Shown piece after piece: positions 1 through 7,823 of a stretch of 32,000 nt of DNA. The stretch covers positions 189,414 to 221,413 of the forward strand of contig CP116499.1 of assembly GCA_030849405.1 (NCBI GenBank). Direction: 5' to 3'. A program made the position numbers and the translations under genes. The notes below the pieces were generated by a model, which was not told where the DNA came from, did not search any database, and saw only the letters and a list, made by a program, of their open reading frames with translations. Origin of the DNA: Candidatus Saccharimonadota bacterium (GTDB taxonomy: Bacteria; Pseudomonadota; Gammaproteobacteria; Enterobacterales; Enterobacteriaceae_A). Each line of letters opens with the position of its first letter. The stretch's first letter is position 1.

Positions 1-1066
1 TAAATAATACTTTAGACCAATATTTTTTTTTATTTATTTCATTTTGTATACAGTTATAGTCTGATTCAAAATTTCTAAATAAATAATAAAATAAAAAAAA
101 TGGCATTTTACATTTATTAATAAATATTTTTATTATTTTTTTTTCTTCTTTTTTAATAATTTTACTTTTTAAATTAATTTTATATATAACATTATTAACT
201 ATTTGTGGATTTAATTTAATTTTTTGAAAATTTTTAGTTAAATTATATTTTTCTTTAATATTATATATTGAATTTTCTTTATTATTTATAATATAAAAAC
301 GTATTTTATCATAAATTATTTTAAAATTATTAAATATTTTATTTGATAAATTGAAATTAATTTCTTGATCTAAATCTATTTTTTTATTTTTTTTATTTAT
401 ATTATATATTTTATCTTTTTTTTTAGTTTTTTTTTTTTTAATTATATTTTGCTTTATATATTTTTTTTTTTTTGTTCTTTTTTTATTTTTTCTTCTTTTT
501 TGTATTAAATTAATATAAATATTTTTTTTTTTATTTGTTTTTTTTTCTATAAAACCAATAACAAAATTAGATAAATTTATATTACCATATTTAATATTAT
601 TAAATATTTCTAATATATAATAAATAAGTTTTGGATGTTTACTTAAATTAATTAATACTTGATCGATATTTTCCTCTATTTGTCTAAAAAGATCTATTTC
701 TTCTTCTCTAGTTAATAAATTAACATCACCAATTTCTTTTATATATAAACGTATTGGATCATAAATTTGATCATTTTTTTCTATAGCATTATAAAAAATA
801 TTATTAAATATAATTTTTTTAGAAATTTTATTTATTTCTTTTTTTTTATTTTTAATATTAATAATTATTTTATCTAATTTAGTTACTGAATTTATTATTT
901 TAATATTTATATTATTTATAATATTTATAATATTTTTTAACTTTATAGATTTAATTAATTTTAAAATTAATAAATTATTTATTTCATTGTATGTTAAATA
1001 ACTTTTTATTTTACCTTTATTTATAAGTATTTGTATTTGTAATAATTGATTTTTATTTATTTGCAT
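1..1066 (-). CDS. rpoD: RNA polymerase sigma-70 factor RpoD, 5' portion (about 355 codons); gene continues past the window start
   Basis: Absent from the supplied ORF track because it is open to the window edge. My hand translation of the minus strand from the ATG at 1066..1064 stays open down to position 2: MQINKNQLLQIQILINKGKIKSYLTYNEINNLL...YDPIRLYIKEIGDVNLLTREEEIDLFRQIEENI...INKCKMPFF...KKKYWSKVL. It is collinear with the E. coli sigma-70 N-terminal half (QGYLTY; DPVRMYMREMGTVELLTREGEID; QCKMPKK; NKPWSEKL). It lies downstream of rpsU-dnaG, as in the conserved macromolecular-synthesis operon. Confidence 0.92.
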   Translation of the reverse strand, partial: MQINKNQLLQIQILINKGKIKSYLTYNEINNLLILKLIKSIKLKNIINIINNINIKIINSVTKLDKIIINIKNKKKEINKISKKIIFNNIFYNAIEKNDQIYDPIRLYIKEIGDVNLLTREEEIDLFRQIEENIDQVLINLSKHPKLIYYILEIFNNIKYGNINLSNFVIGFIEKKTNKKKNIYINLIQKRRKNKKRTKKKKYIKQNIIKKKKTKKKDKIYNINKKNKKIDLDQEINFNLSNKIFNNFKIIYDKIRFYIINNKENSIYNIKEKYNLTKNFQKIKLNPQIVNNVIYKINLKSKIIKKEEKKIIKIFINKCKMPFFLFYYLFRNFESDYNCIQNEINKKKYWSKVLF

Positions 1067-1158
1067 TTTAAAATAATTTAATAAATTAATAATTTAAAAA
1101 ATTTAAAATTATTATAAATTATTTTATTTAAATTTAAATTAATATTAATATTTACTTT

Positions 1159-2892
1159 TTAATGTATATTACTTTTAAGTATAATATTATTTAGTAAATT
1201 TATTTGTTTTTTTTCTTTTAATTTCAAATTTTTATTATTAATTATTATTTTATTTATTTTTTTTTTAATTATTAAATTTAAAAAATTAATAATATTAGCT
1301 AAAAATTTTTTTTCAATTAATTTATTATTATTTAACATAATATTTTGATTTAATAAAATTTTAATTATTTTATTTGATTTTTTATTACGATAAATTTCTA
1401 ATAATTGTCCAGTATTTATATTTGAATTTTTATTAATAACATTTAATAATTCTACAAATAAATTTAAACCTGGTATTTTTTTTTTAATTATATCTAATTT
1501 TTTAATTGAAGGTATTAATTTAGATAATTTCGGATTTTGTAATAATAAAGTAATCATATTTCTCATATTTGTTTTTTTAATTTTTTTTTCTTCTTTTTTT
1601 TTTTTATTTATTTTTATCCAATATTTTAATTGTGTATCATCTAATAAACCTAATTTAATACTTAATATTTTTCTTAAATTAATTTTAAGAAAATAACCTT
1701 TAATTTTTGAAATTAAATTAATAATTTTTATACTTAATTTAATTTTGTCATATATATTATTTAAATCTAAATTTAACATTATTTTTTTAAATAAAAAATC
1801 CGAGAATGATGTTGCGTTATTTATTCTTAAATTAAATTTTTTAATACCTTCTTTTTGAATTAATGTATCTGGATCTTTATTATTAGGTAAAAAAATAAAT
1901 TTAATTTGTTTATTATCATTTATGTAAGGAATACATTTTTTTAATGAATACCAAGATGCTTTATTTCCAGCTAAATCACCATCATAACAAAATATAATAA
2001 TTTTTGTTATATTAAATAATAATTTAATTTGGTAATTTTTTATAAATGTACCTAATAAAGCTACAACATAATTTATATTATTTTGTTTCAACATTATATA
2101 ATCTATATATCCTTCAACAATTATAATAAATTCTATATTACGTTTATTAATTAATTTATATAAACCATACAAATTTTTACTTTTATTAAATATTTCTGTT
2201 TCTGGTGAATTTAAATATTTTGGAATATTATTATTTAAAATACGTCCTCCAAAACCAATTATTTTTTTATTTTTATTTTTAATTGGAAACATAATTCTAT
2301 AACGAAATCGATCATAAATTTCATTTTTTTTAATAATAATCATACCCGTTTTTTTTAATAATTCAATATTTTCTTTACTATTAAAATTATTTAATATATT
2401 ATTCTTTTCAAATAAAGAAAAACCTAAAGAAAATTTTTTAATTGTATTTTCTGTTAATCCTCTTTTTTTTAAATAATTTATTGCTTTAATTCCTTTTTTA
2501 CTCCATAAATTTTTAATATATAAAATATTTATTTTTTCCATTATATTATATAATTTTTCTTTTTTATCTTTAACTTTATTTTCAATATATTCATTTTCAT
2601 AAATTATATTTACACCATTAATTATTGATAATTCTTTAATACTTTCAATAAATGTAAGTTTTTCATATTTCATTAAAAAATCAATTGCATTACCATAATT
2701 ATTACAACCAAAACAATAATAATATTGTTTATCATTATTTATAGTAAAAGAAGGAGTTTTTTCATTATGAAATGGACATAATGAAACATAATAATTTCCT
2801 TTTTTAATTACATTTATACTTTTATTAATTAAATTAATTAAATCAGTAATATAAATTAAGTTTTTAATAAAATTTTTAGAAATTTTTTTCAT
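1159..2892 (-). CDS. dnaG: DNA primase
   Basis: 577-aa ORF. Zinc-ribbon CPFHNEKTPSFTINNDKQYYYCFGC; TOPRIM region VEGYIDYIM...CYDGDLAGNKA. Length close to E. coli DnaG. Sits between rpsU and rpoD. Confidence 0.95.
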   Translation of the reverse strand: MKKISKNFIKNLIYITDLINLINKSINVIKKGNYYVSLCPFHNEKTPSFTINNDKQYYYCFGCNNYGNAIDFLMKYEKLTFIESIKELSIINGVNIIYENEYIENKVKDKKEKLYNIMEKINILYIKNLWSKKGIKAINYLKKRGLTENTIKKFSLGFSLFEKNNILNNFNSKENIELLKKTGMIIIKKNEIYDRFRYRIMFPIKNKNKKIIGFGGRILNNNIPKYLNSPETEIFNKSKNLYGLYKLINKRNIEFIIIVEGYIDYIMLKQNNINYVVALLGTFIKNYQIKLLFNITKIIIFCYDGDLAGNKASWYSLKKCIPYINDNKQIKFIFLPNNKDPDTLIQKEGIKKFNLRINNATSFSDFLFKKIMLNLDLNNIYDKIKLSIKIINLISKIKGYFLKINLRKILSIKLGLLDDTQLKYWIKINKKKKEEKKIKKTNMRNMITLLLQNPKLSKLIPSIKKLDIIKKKIPGLNLFVELLNVINKNSNINTGQLLEIYRNKKSNKIIKILLNQNIMLNNNKLIEKKFLANIINFLNLIIKKKINKIIINNKNLKLKEKKQINLLNNIILKSNIH

Positions 2893-2911
2893 ATTTTTAT
2901 TTGTTATTAAA

Positions 2912-3127
2912 TTAATAAAATTTTTTTTTAATAATATTTGTTAACATTTTTTTTTTAATATGTCTTTTAATTGCTGCAATCTTTTCTTTTTTTTTTTTAA
3001 CGGTAGGTTTTTCATAAAATTCTCTTTTTTTTAATTCTGATAAAATTCCGGCTTTTTCACATGTTCTTTTAAAACGTCTTAAAGAAACTTCAAATGGTTC
3101 ATTTTCTCTAATTTTAATTTTTGGCAA
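2912..3127 (-). CDS. rpsU: 30S ribosomal protein S21
   Basis: 71 aa, [42 protein letters not shown], near-identical in pattern to E. coli S21. Lies directly upstream of dnaG. Confidence 0.96.
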   Translation of the reverse strand: MPKIKIRENEPFEVSLRRFKRTCEKAGILSELKKREFYEKPTVKKKKEKIAAIKRHIKKKMLTNIIKKKFY

Positions 3128-3149
3128 TTTTATATCCTTATATATTTTA

Positions 3150-3222
3150 CTCCTCCGACTGGACTTGAACCAGTGACATGCGGATTAACAGTCCGCTGTT
3201 CTACCAACTGAACTACAGAGGA
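3150..3222 (-). tRNA. tRNA-Asn (anticodon GUU), 73 nt, CCA not encoded
   Basis: The minus strand reads TCCTCTG TA GTTC AGTTGGTA GAAC A GCGGA CTGTTAA TCCGC ATGTC ACTGG TTCAAGT CCAGT CGGAGGA G. It folds as a full cloverleaf and is very similar to E. coli tRNA-Asn. G+C is far above the surrounding sequence. The bases after discriminator G are TAA. Confidence 0.93.
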
Positions 3223-3240
3223 ATTTTAATAAATATAATA

Positions 3241-3268
3241 ATTATAATAATTATTTTTAAAATGTCAA
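3241..3268 (-). promoter_or_regulatory. Candidate strong sigma-70 promoter: TTGACA-N16-TATAAT
   Basis: The minus strand reads TTGACA (3268..3263), a 16-nt spacer TTTTAAAAATAATTAT, then TATAAT (3246..3241). The -10 ends 18 nt before the tRNA-Asn 5' end at 3222, which suits a short RNase P-processed leader. Caveat: -10-like hexamers are very common at this base composition. The G/C-containing perfect -35 is the discriminating element. Confidence 0.45.
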
Positions 3269-3290
3269 TATTTTTTTTTAAAAAAAAATA
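3269..3290. repeat. 22-bp perfect palindrome TA-T9-A9-TA abutting the -35 hexamer (UP-element-like)
   Basis: Plus strand 3269-3290 reads TATTTTTTTTTAAAAAAAAATA and is its own reverse complement. Relative to the promoter above, T9 falls at about -55..-47 and A9 at about -46..-38, which mirrors the distal T-tract and proximal A-tract of the E. coli UP-element consensus. The palindrome is a sequence fact. Its function is inference. Confidence 0.6.
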
Positions 3291-3403
3291 ATATTTTTAA
3301 AATTCATTATTATTTAAAAATATATTATATTTATATAAATAGGTAATTTTATATATTTTACATTATTAGTTAATCAAAAAAATATGAAAATATTAAGGAA
3401 TTT

Positions 3404-4393
3404 ATGATATATGAAATTTTAGAAAAAATATATAACTTTAATTTTATAAATAAATTAGAAAGTTTTAATTTATTTAATAAAATTTATAATAATAAATTAA
3501 ATAAAAAACAAATTATTGCATTTATTATTAGTATTAAAATAAGAGGTTATTATATTGAAGAAATAATAGGAGCTATAAATTTATTGAATATTAAATCAAA
3601 AAAAAAAAAAAAAATAAATTTTAAATTTTGTGATATTGTAGGTATGGGTGGTGATAATATAAATAGTATTAATATATCAACAGCAAGTTCTTTAGTTGCT
3701 TCAATTTATGGTGTTAAAATTTTAAAACATGGTAATTATAGTATTTCTAGTATTTCTGGATCATTCAATATAATATCTAAATTTAATATAAATTTAAATT
3801 TTAATTTTTTACAAATAATTAATTTTTTAAAAAAATTTAATATATATTTTATAAATGCTACAAAATATAATAATATTTTTAATAATATTATATCAATAAG
3901 AAAAAAAATTAAAAGTAATACTATATTTAATATTATTGGACCTTTAATTAATCCTTTTAAACCTCCAATAATTTTAATTGGAGCAAATAATATTAAATTA
4001 ATAATAATTATTATTAAAATATTGAAAATTTTTAAATATAAAAGTGCTGCTGTAATTTATGGCGGTGGTATGGATGAAGTATCAATTCATTCTAATACAT
4101 ATATAGCTGAATTTAACAAAAAAAAAATTAAAACTTATCAATTAACACCAAAAATAATTGGATTTAAAAAATATTCATTAAATAAAATTTTAAATTATAG
4201 TAATAAAAAAAATATTTTTTTAAATATTTTAAATGGTAAAGGAACTAATGCACAAAATAAAATTATATCTATGAATGTTAGTTTATTATTAAAATTATTA
4301 GGAAAAAATGATTTAATTAAAAATAATAAAACAATATTAAAAATTATTAAAAGTGGTTATATTTTAAATAAAATTGAGAAAATTTTTAAATAA
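3404..4393 (+). CDS. trpD: Anthranilate phosphoribosyltransferase, stand-alone PRT domain with no TrpG domain
   Basis: 329 aa. ILEKIY...IKIRGYYIEEIIGA...DIVGMGGDNINSINISTASSLVASIYGVKILKHGN...GPLINP...GGGMDEVS aligns with the C-terminal (PRT) half of E. coli TrpGD, starting at its domain boundary (..ILEKLYQAQ..). An AAGGA Shine-Dalgarno sequence lies 6-7 nt upstream. Confidence 0.93.
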   Translation: MIYEILEKIYNFNFINKLESFNLFNKIYNNKLNKKQIIAFIISIKIRGYYIEEIIGAINLLNIKSKKKKKINFKFCDIVGMGGDNINSINISTASSLVASIYGVKILKHGNYSISSISGSFNIISKFNINLNFNFLQIINFLKKFNIYFINATKYNNIFNNIISIRKKIKSNTIFNIIGPLINPFKPPIILIGANNIKLIIIIIKILKIFKYKSAAVIYGGGMDEVSIHSNTYIAEFNKKKIKTYQLTPKIIGFKKYSLNKILNYSNKKNIFLNILNGKGTNAQNKIISMNVSLLLKLLGKNDLIKNNKTILKIIKSGYILNKIEKIFK

Positions 4394-4404
4394 AGAGAAA
4401 TATT

Positions 4405-5763
4405 TTGGTTATACTTAATAAAATTATTTTAAATAAATTAAAATGGATTAAAAAATTTAAAAGAAAAAAACCTATTAATTCTTTTATATTTAATGTAAAA
4501 AAAAATGATAGAAATTTTTATAAATCTTTAAAATGTAATAAAACTGTTTTTATTTTAGAATGTAAAAAAGCATCACCTTCAAAAGGTATAATTAATAAAA
4601 AATTTAATATTAATAAAATTATTTGTATATATAAAAAATATGCAAATGCAATTTCTGTATTAACTGATAATAAATATTTTAAAGGAAATTTTAAATTTTT
4701 AAAAATAGCAAGTAAAAATACTAATTTACCTATTTTATGTAAAGATTTTATTATAGATGAATATCAAATTTATTTAGCTAGATTTTATAAAGCTAATGCA
4801 ATTTTATTAATGTTATCAATATTAAGTGATGAAAAATATATAAAATTAAAATTGATTGCTGAAAATTTAAATATGAGTATATTAACTGAAGTTTTAACTA
4901 AAAAAGATTTAAAAAGAGCTATTAAATTAAAGTCAAATATTATAGGTATTAATAATAGAAATTTAAATGATTTAAGTATAAATTTAAAACGTACATTTAA
5001 TTTGTCTATTAAAATACCTAAAAATATTATTATTATAAGTGAATCTGGAATTAATAATAATATTCAAATTAGAAAAATTAATAAATATGTTCATGGGTTT
5101 TTAATTGGTAGTTCATTAATGTCTAAGAAAAATTTAAATAATTCAATATATAAAATATTATTAGGAGAAAATAAAGTATGTGGTTTAACTAATAAAAAAG
5201 ATATTAAATTAATTTATAAAAATGGAATAATTTATGGTGGTTTAATTTTTGTTAATACATCATTTAGAAAAATAAATATTAAAAAAGCATATAATATTAT
5301 TCAAAATATAAATTTAAAATATATTGGGATTTTTAAAAATGAAAGTATTAATAATGTAATTAAAATATGTAAATATTTAAAATTATATGCTATTCAATTA
5401 CATGGTAATGAAAATCAAAATTATATAAATATATTAAAGAAATTTTTGTTTTTAAAAACTCAAATATGGAAAGCTAAAAATGTAAATAAAAATAAATTTA
5501 TTAAAAAATTAAAATTTATTCAAAAATATATTTATGATAATAAAAATGGTGGAACTGGTAAAAAATTTAATTGGAATTTAATTAAAAAAGAAGATAATTT
5601 AAATAATACTATTTTAGCAGGAGGTATAAATATTAAAAATTGTAATAAAGCTATAAATTTAGGTTGTATTGGATTAGATTTTAATTCAGGAATTGAAATT
5701 AAACCTAGGAAAAAAAATAAAACAATTTTAAATTCTCTTTTTAATATTTTAAGAAATTATTAA
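4405..5763 (+). CDS. trpC: Bifunctional indole-3-glycerol-phosphate synthase / phosphoribosylanthranilate isomerase
   Basis: 452 aa. FILECKKASPSKG, SVLTDNKYFKG, LCKDFIIDEYQIYLAR, GINNRNLNDLSI, LLGENKVCGLT, QLHGNE and LDFNSGIE are collinear with E. coli TrpC(F). The start appears to be TTG (4405-4407). There is no in-frame ATG near the homologous N-terminus, and AAGAG lies about 7 nt upstream. Confidence 0.94.
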   Translation: MVILNKIILNKLKWIKKFKRKKPINSFIFNVKKNDRNFYKSLKCNKTVFILECKKASPSKGIINKKFNINKIICIYKKYANAISVLTDNKYFKGNFKFLKIASKNTNLPILCKDFIIDEYQIYLARFYKANAILLMLSILSDEKYIKLKLIAENLNMSILTEVLTKKDLKRAIKLKSNIIGINNRNLNDLSINLKRTFNLSIKIPKNIIIISESGINNNIQIRKINKYVHGFLIGSSLMSKKNLNNSIYKILLGENKVCGLTNKKDIKLIYKNGIIYGGLIFVNTSFRKINIKKAYNIIQNINLKYIGIFKNESINNVIKICKYLKLYAIQLHGNENQNYINILKKFLFLKTQIWKAKNVNKNKFIKKLKFIQKYIYDNKNGGTGKKFNWNLIKKEDNLNNTILAGGINIKNCNKAINLGCIGLDFNSGIEIKPRKKNKTILNSLFNILRNY

Positions 5764-5814
5764 TTTAAATAGATATATTAATTGATATAATAAATTAAAT
5801 ATTTTAAAATAATT

Positions 5815-7005
5815 ATGAAAAATATATTAAATCCTTATTTTGGTTGTTTTGGAGGTCAATTTGTTCCACAAATTCTTATACCTCCTTTAAAAGAATTAGA
5901 ACAATTTTTTTATAATTCATTAAATGATAAAATTTTTAAATTTGATTTTTTAAATTTACTTAAAAATTATGCTGGAAGACCAACACCTTTAACTTTATGT
6001 AAAAATATAACAAAAAAAACAAAAACTAAATTATATTTAAAGCGTGAAGATTTATTACATGGAGGTGCGCATAAAACAAACCAAGTTTTAGGACAAGCAT
6101 TATTAGCAAAAAAAATGGGGAAAACTAAAATTATAGCTGAAACTGGTGCTGGACAACATGGAGTAGCATCTGCTTTTGCAAGTTCTTTATTAGGTTTAAA
6201 ATGTAGAATTTATATGGGTGAAAAAGATATAAAACGTCAATTACCTAATGTTTTCAGAATGCGTTTAATGGGAGCTAAAGTTATACCTGTTAAAACAGGT
6301 TCTGCTACACTTAAAGATGCATGTAATGAAGCATTAAGATATTGGTCAAATAATTATAAAAATTCACATTATATGTTAGGTACTGTTGCAGGACCACACC
6401 CATATCCTACTATTGTTCGTGAATTTCAAAAAATAATAGGTAAAGAAACAAAAAAACAAATTATTAAAAAAGAAAAAAAATTACCTAATATAATTTTAGC
6501 ATGTGTAGGCGGAGGTTCTAATGCTATAGGAATATTTACTGATTTTATTAATGAAAAAAAAGTTAAATTAATTGGTGTAGAACCTGCTGGTTTAAGTTTA
6601 GTTTCTAATAAACATGGTGCTCCTATAAATTGTGGTAATATTGGTATATATTTTGGTATGAAATCTTTAATTATGCAAACAAATGATGGTCAAATAAAAG
6701 AATCTTATTCTATTTCAGCAGGATTAGATTTTCCATCTGTAGGACCAGAACATTCTTTTTTAAATAATATAGGTAGAGTTAAATATACCACAATAACAGA
6801 TAATGAAGCACTAGAGGCTTTTATTATTTTATCTCATTATGAAGGAATTATTCCAGCATTAGAATCTTCACATGCTTTAGCATATGCAATTAAAATAATA
6901 TATAAATATCCCAAAAAAAAACAAATTATAATAGTTAATTTATCTGGACGTGGAGATAAAGATATATTTACTGTTTATAATGTTTTAGAAAAAAAAGGAA
7001 TTTAA
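5815..7005 (+). CDS. trpB: Tryptophan synthase beta chain
   Basis: 396 aa. [44 protein letters not shown] (PLP-Lys motif) and GGGSNAIG. The most conserved and least AT-skewed gene in the window. Confidence 0.97.
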   Translation: MKNILNPYFGCFGGQFVPQILIPPLKELEQFFYNSLNDKIFKFDFLNLLKNYAGRPTPLTLCKNITKKTKTKLYLKREDLLHGGAHKTNQVLGQALLAKKMGKTKIIAETGAGQHGVASAFASSLLGLKCRIYMGEKDIKRQLPNVFRMRLMGAKVIPVKTGSATLKDACNEALRYWSNNYKNSHYMLGTVAGPHPYPTIVREFQKIIGKETKKQIIKKEKKLPNIILACVGGGSNAIGIFTDFINEKKVKLIGVEPAGLSLVSNKHGAPINCGNIGIYFGMKSLIMQTNDGQIKESYSISAGLDFPSVGPEHSFLNNIGRVKYTTITDNEALEAFIILSHYEGIIPALESSHALAYAIKIIYKYPKKKQIIIVNLSGRGDKDIFTVYNVLEKKGI

Positions 7006-7815
7006 ATGAATCGTTATAAAATATTATTTTCAAAATTAAAAAAAAAAAAAAAAATTGCTTTTATTCCATTTTTAATATTGGGTGATCCTAATATTTACAT
7101 ATCAATTAAACTTATTGATTTTTTTATTTCAAAAGGTATTAATGCATTAGAATTAGGAATACCATTTTCTGATCCATTAGCAGATGGAGAAATAATTCAA
7201 AAATCAATTTTACGTGCTTTTAATTCAAATATTACATTAAAAAAATGTTTTAAAATTATTTCTATTATAAGAAAAAAATATAATAATATACCTATAGGTA
7301 TTTTAACTTACTCAAATTTAGTATTTTATAAAGGTATTAATAACTTTTATAAAAATTGTAAATTGTCTGGTATTGATTCAGTTCTTATTGCAGATTTACC
7401 TTTAGAAGAATCTAAATTATTTATTAAATCATCTAATATTTATAATATAAAACAAGTATTTATTTGTCCACTAAACTCTAATAATAATTTAATAAAACAA
7501 ATTTCTTTAAAAAGTAAAGGTTATGTTTACTTATCTTCACGTTCTGGAGTTACTGGAACTGATTTTAAAAATAAAAAACCTGATATAAATATAATTAATA
7601 AATTAATAAAATATAATTCTTCTCCAATTATTCAAGGTTTTGGTATATTTAAACCTTCTCAAATAATTAATGCAATTAAAATGAAAATTTCAGGAATTAT
7701 ATCAGGTTCAGCTGTTATAAAAATTATAGAACAAAATCAAAAAAATTTATTTTTAATGTTTGAAAAATTAAATAAATTTATTAAAATTATGAAAAAAGCA
7801 ACTTATTATAATTAA
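7006..7815 (+). CDS. trpA: Tryptophan synthase alpha chain
   Basis: 269 aa. FIPFLILGDP, LELGIPFSDPLADGEIIQ, YLSSRSGVTG and GFGI. The ATG immediately follows the trpB TAA (TAAATG), consistent with translational coupling. Confidence 0.94.
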   Translation: MNRYKILFSKLKKKKKIAFIPFLILGDPNIYISIKLIDFFISKGINALELGIPFSDPLADGEIIQKSILRAFNSNITLKKCFKIISIIRKKYNNIPIGILTYSNLVFYKGINNFYKNCKLSGIDSVLIADLPLEESKLFIKSSNIYNIKQVFICPLNSNNNLIKQISLKSKGYVYLSSRSGVTGTDFKNKKPDINIINKLIKYNSSPIIQGFGIFKPSQIINAIKMKISGIISGSAVIKIIEQNQKNLFLMFEKLNKFIKIMKKATYYN

Positions 7816-7823
7816 TATAAATA

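Noticed and set aside
204-212. TGTGGATTT, resembling a DnaA box (TGTGGATAA)
   Set aside because: It is a single 7/9 match inside the rpoD coding sequence, with no cluster of boxes and no adjacent replication genes.
3384-3407. Mini-ORF ATG AAA ATA TTA AGG AAT TTA TGA (MKILRNL) whose stop overlaps the trpD ATG, considered as a possible trp leader peptide
   Set aside because: It contains no Trp codons, and no alternative hairpins follow it. The AAGGA inside it is better explained as the trpD Shine-Dalgarno sequence. Seven-codon ORFs arise easily by chance in this composition.
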